Positions 31,093-41,709 of a stretch of DNA of 64,000 bases are shown one piece after another. Within the stretch, counting starts at the first letter, position 1, and every line of letters starts with the position of its first letter. Source of the stretch: an uncultured Gammaproteobacteria bacterium (GTDB taxonomy: Bacteria; Pseudomonadota; Gammaproteobacteria; JABCZS01). The position numbers and the translations under genes are program-made. The DNA lies in contig CAWKDC010000001.1 in NCBI GenBank assembly GCA_963848305.1, positions 512,001 to 576,000 of the forward strand. Direction: 5' to 3'. Under the pieces are notes generated by a model, which saw only the letters and a program-made list of their open reading frames with translations, did no database searches and was not told where the DNA came from.

Positions 31093-32300
31093 GGCCCGCT
31101 GATTTTCACCGGTACACCTTGCACAAATTGCGTGCAGGGCAACGTGCGTTCGATCTGCTGACGATTATTCATGCTCAGCATGCCTGTGGCGCCATCAAAC
31201 GTGTATCTGGATTGATGCGACATTTGGCGCAACATGGGCACTAATTCATACGCATCTACCCCCATCCCATACAAACGGGTTTGTGCACGTGGTTCTTTAG
31301 GCCACAACTGCATAACCACGGTATCAGGCGTACCCGCAGGATTGTGCTGTGGCACCTCTATCAGCCAGGGAATGTCGCAGAATGTGACGCCATTCAAATC
31401 ATGATCGGCCTTGGGATTGGGTTTGCCGGAATAAACACTAGCAGTCGCATAAACTGGCCAACTCTTGGCAAAATAGAAAGACAATAAAGGCGGAATTTGC
31501 CGCGCTTCGTTAGGCATAGCGGCCATGAATACCATATCGACATCATCCCGACGTTTCACTGGGAATTGAACAGGATTTTTGGTTCGCATCGCTTTGTCGA
31601 GCGCGGCCATTTCCGCCTGATCAATATGCAGTGCCTTTCTCACCACATCAGACAAATTATCCCTGGTGTTGAAATAAATGATATCCGCTACATCACCACC
31701 CTTTCTTTCGAATGATCGACGGAAGGCATCGGCGACACGCGAGCCCCAGGAACCCTCTTGAATGAACAACAGCGCATTGCGATTCCCTTTCTCATACGCA
31801 CGAATGCCCGCTTGGGTGGCTTCATTTTCGGGAGACAGGGCATATTGATACAGACTATCATATTCCATGTCGATATTATTCAACGCCAACATTGGAACAC
31901 TGGGATTACCCGCCTTCATGAGGGTTTCCAGTCCGGGCTTCGTGAGTGGCCCCACAATGAAGTCAGCCCCCTGCGTAAGTGCTCGTTGATAAGCATTCAA
32001 CACGTCTTTATCACCCTTCGTGTCATACACGCTGATTTTAGGCAATTCAACCGTTTTGTTTTGCGCATGCACGTAATGGGCCGCGAAAAAACCTTCCCGC
32101 ACCGCAGCCCCTTGAGCACCCAGCTCTCCCTGCAATGGCAAAAGAAGTGCAATTCGCTTTGGATGAGTCAGCGTATCAGCCGCAGAAGGAAACGTTTCCT
32201 CTCGTGGAGAGGGTGTGTTCTGGCAGCCCGACAACATAAAAATGAGGCATGACAAAGTGAAACCTGCTAGAATGCGAAAAACCCGATAAGATCTTTTCAT
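31089..32300 (-). CDS. lpoA: Penicillin-binding protein activator LpoA-like lipoprotein (C-terminal domain form)
   Basis: Lipobox LSGC, IALLLPLQG, IVGPLTK, LSPENEA, RLYGMGVDAY, GATGML; lpoA/rsmI/yraN synteny. Confidence 0.88.
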   Translation of the reverse strand: MKRSYRVFRILAGFTLSCLIFMLSGCQNTPSPREETFPSAADTLTHPKRIALLLPLQGELGAQGAAVREGFFAAHYVHAQNKTVELPKISVYDTKGDKDVLNAYQRALTQGADFIVGPLTKPGLETLMKAGNPSVPMLALNNIDMEYDSLYQYALSPENEATQAGIRAYEKGNRNALLFIQEGSWGSRVADAFRRSFERKGGDVADIIYFNTRDNLSDVVRKALHIDQAEMAALDKAMRTKNPVQFPVKRRDDVDMVFMAAMPNEARQIPPLLSFYFAKSWPVYATASVYSGKPNPKADHDLNGVTFCDIPWLIEVPQHNPAGTPDTVVMQLWPKEPRAQTRLYGMGVDAYELVPMLRQMSHQSRYTFDGATGMLSMNNRQQIERTLPCTQFVQGVPVKISGP

Positions 32301-32327
32301 AAACAATTCCCGTATTGTGAGTAACAA

Positions 32328-33158
32328 ATGGTTGAAACAGGCACGTTATACATCGTTGCAACACCGATAGGTAATTTAGAAGACATTACCCTCCGTGCTC
32401 AACGCATTTTACACCAGGTTGACACAATTGTGGCAGAAGATACGCGCCACACAACCCATTTATTGAAACATTTTGGTATTACGCGTCCTTTGCTGGCCTA
32501 CCATGCACACAATGAAGATGAAAAAACAGCAACCCTCATACATCTCTTGCAACAAGGAAAAGACATTGCTCTCGTGAGCGATGCCGGTACACCTCTCATC
32601 AGTGATCCCGGCTTTCCCCTCGTTCATGCTGCACAAGCCGCAAATATCACGGTTGTGCCCATTCCAGGCGCTTGTGCACTCATCACTGCTTTATCTGTCT
32701 CCGGCTTATCTCCCATCCCCTTCTATTTTGCGGGCTTTTTATCCCCCAAACAGGGACCCAGAATCGCACAGCTCGAAGCCTTGAAACCCCTCACCGCTAC
32801 CCTTGTTTTTTATGAAGCCCCGCACCGTTTACTCGACAGCCTGCAAGCGATGGCGCTTGTCTTTGGCAATCGACAAGCCTGTCTCGCGCGTGAGCTCACC
32901 AAACAATTCGAAACCGTGATTCGCCTCCCCTTGCCAGACTTGATCAACCGCGTGGAAAGTGACCCCAATCAACAGAAAGGCGAATCGGTTGTTTTGATAG
33001 AAGGCAGTCAAGCGGCCATTGCTTCCTCTGATACCGATCGCTTTTTAACAATATTACTGCGTGAATTACCTTTAAAACAAGCTGTCAATATCTGCGTTGA
33101 ACTGACCGGAGAGCCCAAAAATAAGGTGTATGAAAAAGCACTGACAATGAAAGGGTGA
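32328..33158 (+). CDS. rsmI: 16S rRNA Cm1402 2'-O-methyltransferase
   Basis: LYIVATPIGNLEDIT, AEDTR, SDAGTPLISDPG, YEAPHR, RELTK. Confidence 0.98.
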   Translation: MVETGTLYIVATPIGNLEDITLRAQRILHQVDTIVAEDTRHTTHLLKHFGITRPLLAYHAHNEDEKTATLIHLLQQGKDIALVSDAGTPLISDPGFPLVHAAQAANITVVPIPGACALITALSVSGLSPIPFYFAGFLSPKQGPRIAQLEALKPLTATLVFYEAPHRLLDSLQAMALVFGNRQACLARELTKQFETVIRLPLPDLINRVESDPNQQKGESVVLIEGSQAAIASSDTDRFLTILLRELPLKQAVNICVELTGEPKNKVYEKALTMKG

Positions 33159-33213
33159 CAAAAATGCACCCCTGCGTTACAATCCCAATTTCTTGTTCCA
33201 TACATAAAGGTGA

Positions 33214-34584
33214 ATGATGTCAAACCAACGTTCCGTTTCTGATTCCATGGGCACATTGTCCATCCCCGCTGATGCACTCTATGGCGCACAAACAGAACGC
33301 GCCCGCCAGAATTTTCCGGTCAGCGACATGAAAATGCCGCAACCTTTCATTCAAGCATTAGGCTTGATCAAAGCCGCCTGCGCCCAAGTCAACCAAGAAC
33401 TTGGCCTGCTCGACCCCTCCCTTGCCCAACCCATCATTGCAGCAGCCACTGCCATTGCGGATGGTCAATATGCCGATCAATTCCCCCTCGATGTCTTTCA
33501 AACCGGCTCCGGTACCAGCACTAACATGAATGCGAATGAAGTGATTGCCACATTGGCCAGCCAATCCTCAGGCAAAACCATTCACCCGAATGATCATGTC
33601 AACATGGGGCAAAGCAGTAACGACGTGATCCCTACCACCATTCACGTCTCAGCCGCATTGTTGGCGGAAACGCGCCTCATTCCTGCCTTGAAATACTTAT
33701 CACAAACGTTAAAAGAAAAAGCGAAATCCCTGCACCATATCACCAAAACAGGTCGCACCCATTTAATGGATGCCATGCCAGTACGTTTTGATCAAGAATT
33801 GGGCGGCTATGCACAACAAATCGATTACGGCATTGCACGCATTCAAAGCACCTTACCCCGATTACTTGAATTGGCTCAAGGCGGAACGGCAGTCGGCACA
33901 GGCATCAATGCTGATCCGCGCTTTGGCAAAGCAGTCGCCAAAACATTAGCCGAAAAAACGGGTGTTGCCTTTGCCGCGAAACCCAATTACTTTGAAGCCT
34001 TGAGCGCACAAGATGCCGCTGTTGAAATGTCCGGCCAATTGCGCGTGATTGCCGTTTCTCTGATGAAAATCGGTAATGATGTGCGTTGGATGAATTCCGG
34101 CCCCCTCGCTGGTTTGGCGGAGATTCAACTGCCCGCGCTCCAACCGGGCAGCAGCATCATGCCGGGTAAAGTCAATCCCGTCATTCCTGAAGCTGTTTGC
34201 ATGGTGTGCGCACAAATCATGGGGAATGACACCACGATTGCCGTTGCAGGGCAATCCGGTAATTTCCAATTAAATGTGATGTTGCCTGTCATTGCGTACA
34301 ACTTGATTCAATCACTCGAACTCTTGACCAACAGTTGTTACTTGTTGGCTGATAAGGCGATTAAAGGGTTCACTGTCAATGAAGCGCAAATTGAACGTGC
34401 GCTCGATCGCAACCCCATTCTCGTGACCGCATTGAACGCAGTGATCGGTTATGAAAAAGGCACGCAAATTGCGAAACAAGCGTACAAAGAAGGCCGCAGT
34501 GTGAAAGATGTCACGCGTGAAAATACGACGTTGACGGATGAGGAAATTGATCGGTACTTAGATCCAAGGAATATGACGGAATAA
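33214..34584 (+). CDS. fumC: Class II fumarate hydratase
   Basis: QTGSGTSTNMN, HPNDHVN, GRTHLMDA, GSSIMPGKVNP. Confidence 0.97.
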   Translation: MMSNQRSVSDSMGTLSIPADALYGAQTERARQNFPVSDMKMPQPFIQALGLIKAACAQVNQELGLLDPSLAQPIIAAATAIADGQYADQFPLDVFQTGSGTSTNMNANEVIATLASQSSGKTIHPNDHVNMGQSSNDVIPTTIHVSAALLAETRLIPALKYLSQTLKEKAKSLHHITKTGRTHLMDAMPVRFDQELGGYAQQIDYGIARIQSTLPRLLELAQGGTAVGTGINADPRFGKAVAKTLAEKTGVAFAAKPNYFEALSAQDAAVEMSGQLRVIAVSLMKIGNDVRWMNSGPLAGLAEIQLPALQPGSSIMPGKVNPVIPEAVCMVCAQIMGNDTTIAVAGQSGNFQLNVMLPVIAYNLIQSLELLTNSCYLLADKAIKGFTVNEAQIERALDRNPILVTALNAVIGYEKGTQIAKQAYKEGRSVKDVTRENTTLTDEEIDRYLDPRNMTE

Positions 34585-34591
34585 AAATCGC

Positions 34592-34619
34592 TGTAGGAGC
34601 GGGTACTCCCGCCCCTACA
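34592..34619. repeat. GTAG-family REP palindrome between the convergent fumC and MscK-like genes; supplies the TAG stop
   Basis: TGTAGGAGCGGG-TACT-CCCGCCCCTACA. Confidence 0.85.
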
Positions 34620-37600
34620 ATTTATCTGTGTCTATTTCCACCGTCTGTCTCGGATACGGCATCACAATGCCTGCTGCGCGGAAATGATCCCAAATCATCA
34701 GCAATATTTCCGAACGCACCATCGGTCTTGTTTTGCCCAAATTGAGATCGATGTGGTAGCGCACTTCAAATATTTGTGCATAGCTGGCAAATTCACGCAG
34801 CAACACATTAGGCTCTGGATGTGACACCACTGATTGATGCTTACGAATGATATGCAATAACATTGCTTGAATTTGATGCGGGTTTTCATTGTACTCTACC
34901 ATGATATCAAACGTTGTACGCACAATCGCGTCATGGTGAGTCCAATTGGTGAGCGGCTGGCTGACCGTTTCCGCGTTCGGAATAATCACTTCCATGTTGT
35001 CCCATGTGCGGATAGTGGTGGCACGAACCCCAATGTGGGTAACCTCCCCTTCATTGGCGCCCAATGTGATGATATCGCCTGCGCGGAATGGACGTTCAAT
35101 CAATAACAATAAACCGCTGACCAAATTGTTGGCAATATTTTGCAAACCAAACCCGATACCAACCGCTAACGCTCCCAACACGACGGTCAGTGTGGTTAAA
35201 TCAATCCCCACGACACGTAAAATCACAAAGGCGCCGATCACAATCGTTGCATATTGCGTGAAGACTGAAAAGGAATTGCGCAACCCTTTGTCTTTGTATT
35301 TGGCAAACAAAAATCGATACGCAAATTCACGGCTCCATTTGGCTGCCCAACGAATGACAATCAAGAGCACGATGAATTGAAAAATATGTATTGAAGCAAT
35401 TTGGGTGGTGCCAATACTGAACAACGGATTGAATAACATCGCATGAATTTTTTCTTTGAGTATTTCATTTTCTTGTAAACCATAAATGCGCAACAAAATG
35501 CCCGTTGCCGATAAAAAAATCAGGATATGCAAAATGGTATTCAAAGGTTTGAGAATGGACTCTGTCCACACCCAACCGCTTTTCAAGTGGCGAATCGACC
35601 ATTTCGCCGCAAACTCCATGGCATCAGACACGACACCGCGCACCAATACCCATCCCGTTAGAATTAATAAAAATTGCCCTTCTGCAATCCAAATGATCCA
35701 AGCCAAATTGACGTATCCAATCAGTCCAATGATCGCATTTGAAAAAATGGTGAGAGGAATCAAAAGGCCTAACAATTCCACTGCACGACGAACATAAGGC
35801 TTGGTTCTGTCTTCAGCGGCAATGATGCTGGGTAATACTCGCCATCCCCTTAATAGTGGGATCGATACAGCCAGCAACACCAACATGAATAATCTATCGA
35901 ATGATGCAACAATATCCATGGGAATAGGCAACTCATGGGCCAACACCGTGAGGGCGATGATCACGCTGCCAAAACCCATACTCCATAATAACCCACGGTA
36001 TAAAGACACATCTTTACCCGATAAGTCCCATATATTTTCAAACAATGAAATTCTTGCCAATCCAATGGCAATACGATAAGCAAACCACACCACGCCCAAA
36101 CACAATGGCACCACAAAATGATTAGCAGACACATCCATTAACAAGAGTAAAATCATGAGTGCACCAAAAATGGCCACGCCCATCATATTCCGATAAAATA
36201 GTTGCGCGATCACCACCACGGTGTTCGCAGAAAAACTCATGCCTTTACTTTTCGCGCGCAATAAGAATTTTGATAACGTGCGGGATAGCCAGACTGATAA
36301 ACCAGCCCAGACGATCAGCAGGGTAAACGTCGCGAACCACAAAAAGGCTGAGGCCTGAGACAGATGCTCCACGACTTGATTGTACGTCGCGACAATTGAT
36401 TGATAAACCAATTGCGGCAACGTCCATAAGTCTCGTCCAAATTGCTCCCATTCAGCGACGGTACGTGGCAGTTGCTGACGTGACCGCCAGGTTTGCTTCA
36501 CCCCCACAAGAATTTGATTTTGAAAACCAGAAATGTCAGTCATCAATGCATTCAGTTGAATATTCACACCTGCATATTGTTTTTTCAAATCTAGGAATAT
36601 CGATTGTTGACGCTTGCGAGATTCTGTGGATAAGACTTGCCGTGCGCCAGGTTCATCAAGGATCGCCAATTGACGATCAATCAGCACTTCTTTATTTTCA
36701 ACTTGAATTTTATTTGCAATCAATTCTTCTCTCAAGCGATCCAAACGATCCTTGATTTCAATCGCGCGGCGGGAAGGATCTCCCGCATCAACCCTGCTCT
36801 TATAAACATGGATCAGTGCATCAATACGTGAGAGCGTTAATTGCATTTTCAATAAATCCAAATGCTCTTCTGCTTCCATGATATCGTTTTGCAATGCTTG
36901 TTGATCTTCTGTCGGGGTTTGTGAGATCGGACGTAATTTGTCTAATGCAGCACGGGATTTTTCTAAATTAGCTTCCCATTGCAATTGCAAGCCAATCCAT
37001 TTCTTTTCATTTTCTTGTTGCGCTTCCCAAATATTAGACACTTGTTCCAAACGGATTTGTTCCGTCATTTGGGACATCCAGGCTTGTTCCAATTTTAAAA
37101 TATCTTCTGCAACACTCAATAAATCGCTCAAAACGCCCACGCGTTCTTGTTCAAGCTCTAGCTTACGGCTATCGACTGAAACACGTTCTTCCAAACGCAA
37201 GGCTATGACGCTTTCGCCATGGGCTTTGGCATTGATAAGTTGATTTTCATATTGCGTCAGGTAATTTTTGAGAAGTCGAATATTCTTGCGAGCACTGGCC
37301 AATTCGAGACTGATTTTACCCAACTGCACACTCGCCAAGTCCACCCGAAATGAGGCCTCTTCGGCCATGGCGGGGTCGAAACCGGATGATGTCTCTTGCG
37401 CATTGGCCTTCAGGGATTCAAGATATGCTTGACTGCTGGCCAAACGATCTTTTTCGTCCCCTAGTTTTTCTTCAAGGATATTGATCTCTGAATAGCGGGC
37501 TGCACTTTCGTACATATTTTCGCTCGATGGAGCGGCTGCCATACCCACACTGACCCAACACAACATGCATAACACGAGGACTCGTAACATGATCTTCACC

Positions 37601-37626
37601 CAAGAAACCCATTGATTATTTGACAT
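34615..37626 (-). CDS. Large MscS-family (MscK-like) mechanosensitive channel
   Basis: Signal peptide, long periplasmic coiled coil, multiple TM helices, GALAVGIGFGLQNIANNLVSGLLLLIERPFRAGD, TNWT. Confidence 0.92.
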   Translation of the reverse strand: MSNNQWVSWVKIMLRVLVLCMLCWVSVGMAAAPSSENMYESAARYSEINILEEKLGDEKDRLASSQAYLESLKANAQETSSGFDPAMAEEASFRVDLASVQLGKISLELASARKNIRLLKNYLTQYENQLINAKAHGESVIALRLEERVSVDSRKLELEQERVGVLSDLLSVAEDILKLEQAWMSQMTEQIRLEQVSNIWEAQQENEKKWIGLQLQWEANLEKSRAALDKLRPISQTPTEDQQALQNDIMEAEEHLDLLKMQLTLSRIDALIHVYKSRVDAGDPSRRAIEIKDRLDRLREELIANKIQVENKEVLIDRQLAILDEPGARQVLSTESRKRQQSIFLDLKKQYAGVNIQLNALMTDISGFQNQILVGVKQTWRSRQQLPRTVAEWEQFGRDLWTLPQLVYQSIVATYNQVVEHLSQASAFLWFATFTLLIVWAGLSVWLSRTLSKFLLRAKSKGMSFSANTVVVIAQLFYRNMMGVAIFGALMILLLLMDVSANHFVVPLCLGVVWFAYRIAIGLARISLFENIWDLSGKDVSLYRGLLWSMGFGSVIIALTVLAHELPIPMDIVASFDRLFMLVLLAVSIPLLRGWRVLPSIIAAEDRTKPYVRRAVELLGLLIPLTIFSNAIIGLIGYVNLAWIIWIAEGQFLLILTGWVLVRGVVSDAMEFAAKWSIRHLKSGWVWTESILKPLNTILHILIFLSATGILLRIYGLQENEILKEKIHAMLFNPLFSIGTTQIASIHIFQFIVLLIVIRWAAKWSREFAYRFLFAKYKDKGLRNSFSVFTQYATIVIGAFVILRVVGIDLTTLTVVLGALAVGIGFGLQNIANNLVSGLLLLIERPFRAGDIITLGANEGEVTHIGVRATTIRTWDNMEVIIPNAETVSQPLTNWTHHDAIVRTTFDIMVEYNENPHQIQAMLLHIIRKHQSVVSHPEPNVLLREFASYAQIFEVRYHIDLNLGKTRPMVRSEILLMIWDHFRAAGIVMPYPRQTVEIDTDKL

Positions 37627-37639
37627 CTCTTACGCCACT

Positions 37640-37685
37640 TGTAGGGGTCGCGAGCACACCCATCTTTACAAATCGCGTGCCTACA
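37640..37685. repeat. Degenerate GTAG-family REP
   Basis: TGTAGGGGTCGCGA…TCGCGTGCCTACA. Confidence 0.55.
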
Positions 37686-37795
37686 ATACTTCTGAACGTT
37701 TGCGATCATCATTAGTATAATCCTATTTCATGCAATAAAAGAGATTTCTGCGAAAATCTGTTACAATCCCGGAATCATCTGAAGGGGCTCCATGC

Positions 37796-38410
37796 ATGAA
37801 AACCCATAAACAACTGAACAAGCGTTTTCGCGGATACCTTCCCATTGTTATTGATGTTGAAACCGGTGGCTTCAATCCTCAAACGGATGCATTATTGGAA
37901 CTGGCTGCGATCAGCGTTCACTACAATGACGAGGGCTTGCTAGTCCCCCATCATGCCTGGCATTATCATATCAAACCCTTTGAAGGGGCTCATTTGGATC
38001 CTAAAGCCCTTGAATTCAATGGTATTGTGCCAGATCATCCTTTTAGGTTGGCAATGACAGAAGCAGATATGCTGAAAGATTTATTTTCGAAAATTCACGA
38101 TGCACTGACGGAATCCCAATGTCAACGCGCCATTTTAACAGGACATAATGCTGCGTTTGATCTCTCATTTCTGCAAGCAGCCATCACCCGAACAGGGATC
38201 AAGAAAAGTCCCTTTCATGGCTTCTCTTGCCTGGATACCGCCAGTTTATCAGCAGTTGCCTATGGGCAAACCGTCCTGGCCAAAGCCTTGCGGGCAGCCC
38301 ATATTCCTTTCGACATCGACAATGCCCACAGCGCCCTGTACGATGCAGACAGGACAGCATTATTATTCTGCGAGATCACCAATCGATGGGATGCTGCCAG
38401 GGTTGACTGA
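37796..38410 (+). CDS. rnt: Ribonuclease T
   Basis: RFRGYLPIVIDVETGGFN, GHNAAFD, PFH.FS..DT, GQTVL, AHSALYD. Confidence 0.96.
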   Translation: MKTHKQLNKRFRGYLPIVIDVETGGFNPQTDALLELAAISVHYNDEGLLVPHHAWHYHIKPFEGAHLDPKALEFNGIVPDHPFRLAMTEADMLKDLFSKIHDALTESQCQRAILTGHNAAFDLSFLQAAITRTGIKKSPFHGFSCLDTASLSAVAYGQTVLAKALRAAHIPFDIDNAHSALYDADRTALLFCEITNRWDAARVD

Positions 38411-38466
38411 AGTCCTTTAACGCGATACTCTAACTCTCCTCTTTTTGATTGTAAGCGAGTTGTCCC

Positions 38467-39681
38467 ATGTTAACCCTTCTGAAAAATAAAACATTCGGCA
38501 GCATTTTCATGATTGCAGGCACCACGATTGGGGCTGGCATGCTCGCATTGCCTCTTAAAACGGCTGCGGGTGGGTTTTTCCCCAGTATTGGGCTATTCAT
38601 CATTTGCTTTTTGTTCATGTTTTACACGGTTTTTTTATTGTTGGAATCTAACTTAATGTCCAATGATCCGAATGCCAATATCATTTCTATGACGGGCGAA
38701 CGGTTGGGTAAAACAGGGCAGATAGTGGCATGGGTCACCTTCTCGCTGCTGTTATACAGTGTTTCAGCGGCTTATATGTCGGCAGGCGGCTCACTGATCG
38801 CCACATTATTACAACATGAAGTCTCCAAAGAAACGCCCATGTGGGTCGGCATGCTGATTTTTGCAGGGGTTTTCGGCGCACTGATTTATTTCGGTACCCA
38901 TGTGTACGATCACGTCAATAAGCTATTGATGGTTTGTTTGATCGTCAGCTTTTTGGTGTTAGTGGGCAGCATGACGCCTCATGTTGAGAATGTCTCTTTC
39001 ACTGAATCTCACCCATTATTGCTCCTGGGTGCTGTGCCTGTCGTGGTGCTGTCGTTCACCTCACACGTGATTGTTCCCAGCCTACGGACCTATTTGAATT
39101 CCAACGTTCCTGCCCTGAAAACATCCTTATTCTATGGGATGATCATCCCCCTGTTCTTCTATGTCTGCTGGGAATACCTGATATTCAGCCTGGTGCCACC
39201 AAACGGCCCTGAGGGCTTATTGGCCATTGCCGCGGGCGATCACCCCCTGGCTGCCCTGACCAATGTACTGGAAGACAACCTGGGATTGCGCTTTTTTGCG
39301 ACGGTGATTGGCATTTTCTCATTTTCAGCGCTGGTGACGTCGTTTATTGCCGTAAACGTCAGTTTGCGGGACTTTTTGGCGGATGGATTGTCGATTTCTA
39401 AGAAAACCTTGGGCGGTAATGCGTTATTGAGCCTGTTAACCCTGGGCGCTCCACTGGTTTATGCATTGGCCTTCCCACGCGGCTTTACGGTCGCCATTGG
39501 TTATGCCGGCGTATTTGCATCCATTCTGTACGGTATCCTGCCTGCGCTGATGGTTTATAAAGGTCGGTACATCCAACACATCCCTAGTCAGTATCGAACA
39601 CCCGGCGGCAAAGTAGGGATTGTGATCGTGGTGCTGTTTTCTGTGATGGTGATGGGGCTGGAAGTGTATAATTCGCTTTAG
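38467..39681 (+). CDS. Aromatic amino acid permease (TyrP/Mtr family)
   Basis: IAGTTIGAGMLALP, SFTSHVIVPSL, ALVTSF, DFLAD, GILPALM. Confidence 0.9.
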   Translation: MLTLLKNKTFGSIFMIAGTTIGAGMLALPLKTAAGGFFPSIGLFIICFLFMFYTVFLLLESNLMSNDPNANIISMTGERLGKTGQIVAWVTFSLLLYSVSAAYMSAGGSLIATLLQHEVSKETPMWVGMLIFAGVFGALIYFGTHVYDHVNKLLMVCLIVSFLVLVGSMTPHVENVSFTESHPLLLLGAVPVVVLSFTSHVIVPSLRTYLNSNVPALKTSLFYGMIIPLFFYVCWEYLIFSLVPPNGPEGLLAIAAGDHPLAALTNVLEDNLGLRFFATVIGIFSFSALVTSFIAVNVSLRDFLADGLSISKKTLGGNALLSLLTLGAPLVYALAFPRGFTVAIGYAGVFASILYGILPALMVYKGRYIQHIPSQYRTPGGKVGIVIVVLFSVMVMGLEVYNSL

Positions 39682-39727
39682 AACCATATGGTTTCGAAGC
39701 CGAATATGCTGTCATCGATGAGAATGG

Positions 39728-39763
39728 AGAAGCGTATCAAGCATTGACTTACGGCCCCCTACA
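39728..39763. repeat. Degenerate GTAG-family REP supplying the FMN reductase stop codon
   Basis: Minus strand TG-TAG-GGGGCCGTAAGTCAATGCTTGATACGC. Confidence 0.55.
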
Positions 39764-40295
39764 ATGGCTTAACCCAAGCGACATATTTATCCATCCATTT
39801 CTGCAAAAACTGAATGCTAGCCGGGCCGATGTTGCCTTTATCATCAAAAAAACCTTCCTTCATTTGAAGAAATGCTTCAGGTTGGCACAAGACATCCACA
39901 TCCAAATAGGCCAATATATTGCGTAAATGTTGTTGGGCCAAAGCGGTACCGATATTTCCTGGCGAAATGCCGATCACACCAGCGCGTTTACCACCCCAAG
40001 CATTTTTCCCATAAGGACGTGAACCCTGATCCAGTGCATTTTTCAACACACCCGGAATAGAGCGATTGTATTCCGGGGTGACAAACAATAAAGCATCGGC
40101 TGATTCAATCTCCTTTTTAAGACGCAGGACAGGTTCAGATTGATGCTCATCATTATCCTGATTGTAAAGCGGCAAGTCATCAATGCGAACATGCTTGAAA
40201 GTCAACGAGGAGGGCGCTAATGTGATCAACGCCTCAGCCAACTTTTTATTAAATGAATCTCGGCGTATGCTGCCGACAATGATAGCGATGTTCAT
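39759..40295 (-). CDS. NADPH-dependent FMN reductase (ChrR/YieF family)
   Basis: VGSIRRDSFN, LPLYNQD, VTPEYNRSIPGVLKNALD.GSRPYG, AQQHLR. Confidence 0.93.
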   Translation of the reverse strand: MNIAIIVGSIRRDSFNKKLAEALITLAPSSLTFKHVRIDDLPLYNQDNDEHQSEPVLRLKKEIESADALLFVTPEYNRSIPGVLKNALDQGSRPYGKNAWGGKRAGVIGISPGNIGTALAQQHLRNILAYLDVDVLCQPEAFLQMKEGFFDDKGNIGPASIQFLQKWMDKYVAWVKPL

Positions 40296-40333
40296 CTCTT
40301 TCTCTCCAGAATTCATGTGAATAGTAACCAATC

Positions 40334-41677
40334 TTACATTGAATGCACCAATTGAAGCCCTACAAAGTTAGCAGTGTTCTGAAAGCTACCCTGAGCAGTG
40401 ACAATGTCAAGCTGTTCAATGGGAATAACCCTATATACTGGGTTATTTTGGCTGAACGTGCCATCTTTAAAGAAAGTATGCATGTAAGCAAAGTCGATAT
40501 GGGTCTTTCCCCATGCTTTGGGCTTATACATGAGCCCTATAGCCACATCAAACTGATCAGCATCCGGCGCTTGCAGAATCCTATTGGCATCCGTCACCGG
40601 GCTTTGATCATACGCAAAACCACTGCGTAATTTTATTTCTGGTGTCACATAATAATTGACCCCTAATCCCACGCGCCACGTATTCCTTAAATCAACGTCT
40701 GTATCGATAGGTTCGTGACTTGCAATAATTGGCTCAAAGAGGTTTACACTCACAGCCTGCATCCGACTCCAATGGGTATATAACACATCCGCCAATAATT
40801 CGACTTTTTCATGTGGACGATGAAAAAAATTCAGTGAAACAATGTCAGGGAACTGAAACTGTGAGTAAGCAGGGTAATTTCCTATGTCTGAGACGCCCGA
40901 ATCACGCTCTTTTACATCAAGTTCCAATACAAAATTTCCTTTTGTTTCTTGATCAACAAACATTCTATAATTAAGCCCTACCCTGGTATTATCCGTAAAC
41001 TCATAAATGGCGCCTAAATTAGGGTAAAAAGCGATATTATCCCCTGAGTATTTGCTTTCCCCTGACAAGAACAAGACAGGGTCATCAACTGGTATAGATG
41101 CGTCAAGTTCTGCGCTGAGTTTTGCCTGAAAATATTGCAGATTGGCGCCTAAACCCAGCAATAATTTGTCCGTCACTGCCATGGCCAGCGTGGCGTTGCC
41201 TGTATAAGCAATGAGTTGCGTGTATTTTGCGGTATTGTTCACCACAAAGTTACCATAATCGGATGTTAGCTCATAAGGGGCGTTCAGATTGAGACCAAGC
41301 ATGAACGTCTCGCCCAACGGCGCTGCAAAATATAGCGCGGGACTGAATTGATTGGGCAACGCTGAATATTGTTGTCCTGTAGCACAAGGAATAGGTGTCC
41401 CAAACGAATTTGCGGCGGAATCGACAGTCAGTTGGGCATCAATCGCTGCATAGATACCTGATAGAACGAGCTGTCCACCCTCCAACAACATCAAACCTGC
41501 AGGATTATAGAAACTGATACTGGCATCATCCCCTGCCACACCCGCACCGGCAAAGGCATTACCCATCGCAGAAACACTCTGCAAATCATTATAAACACCT
41601 GCTGCAAAGGCAGATGGAAATAGCGAGGCACAACACAACATCATGAGTGCATTTAAAATCCTGGGAAGTTTTTTCAT
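40334..41677 (-). CDS. FadL/OmpP1-family outer-membrane transporter for hydrophobic compounds
   Basis: Signal peptide, SAMGNAFAG…DDAS…NPAGL hatch motif, LRSGFAYDQSPV, PDADQ. Confidence 0.9.
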   Translation of the reverse strand: MKKLPRILNALMMLCCASLFPSAFAAGVYNDLQSVSAMGNAFAGAGVAGDDASISFYNPAGLMLLEGGQLVLSGIYAAIDAQLTVDSAANSFGTPIPCATGQQYSALPNQFSPALYFAAPLGETFMLGLNLNAPYELTSDYGNFVVNNTAKYTQLIAYTGNATLAMAVTDKLLLGLGANLQYFQAKLSAELDASIPVDDPVLFLSGESKYSGDNIAFYPNLGAIYEFTDNTRVGLNYRMFVDQETKGNFVLELDVKERDSGVSDIGNYPAYSQFQFPDIVSLNFFHRPHEKVELLADVLYTHWSRMQAVSVNLFEPIIASHEPIDTDVDLRNTWRVGLGVNYYVTPEIKLRSGFAYDQSPVTDANRILQAPDADQFDVAIGLMYKPKAWGKTHIDFAYMHTFFKDGTFSQNNPVYRVIPIEQLDIVTAQGSFQNTANFVGLQLVHSM

Positions 41678-41709
41678 ATCAAGATATCCTTATCAAGCAT
41701 CGTGATGCA

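Noticed and set aside
33159-33213. rnpB expected after rsmI
   Set aside because: The gap is only 55 nt and has no RNase P RNA signature.
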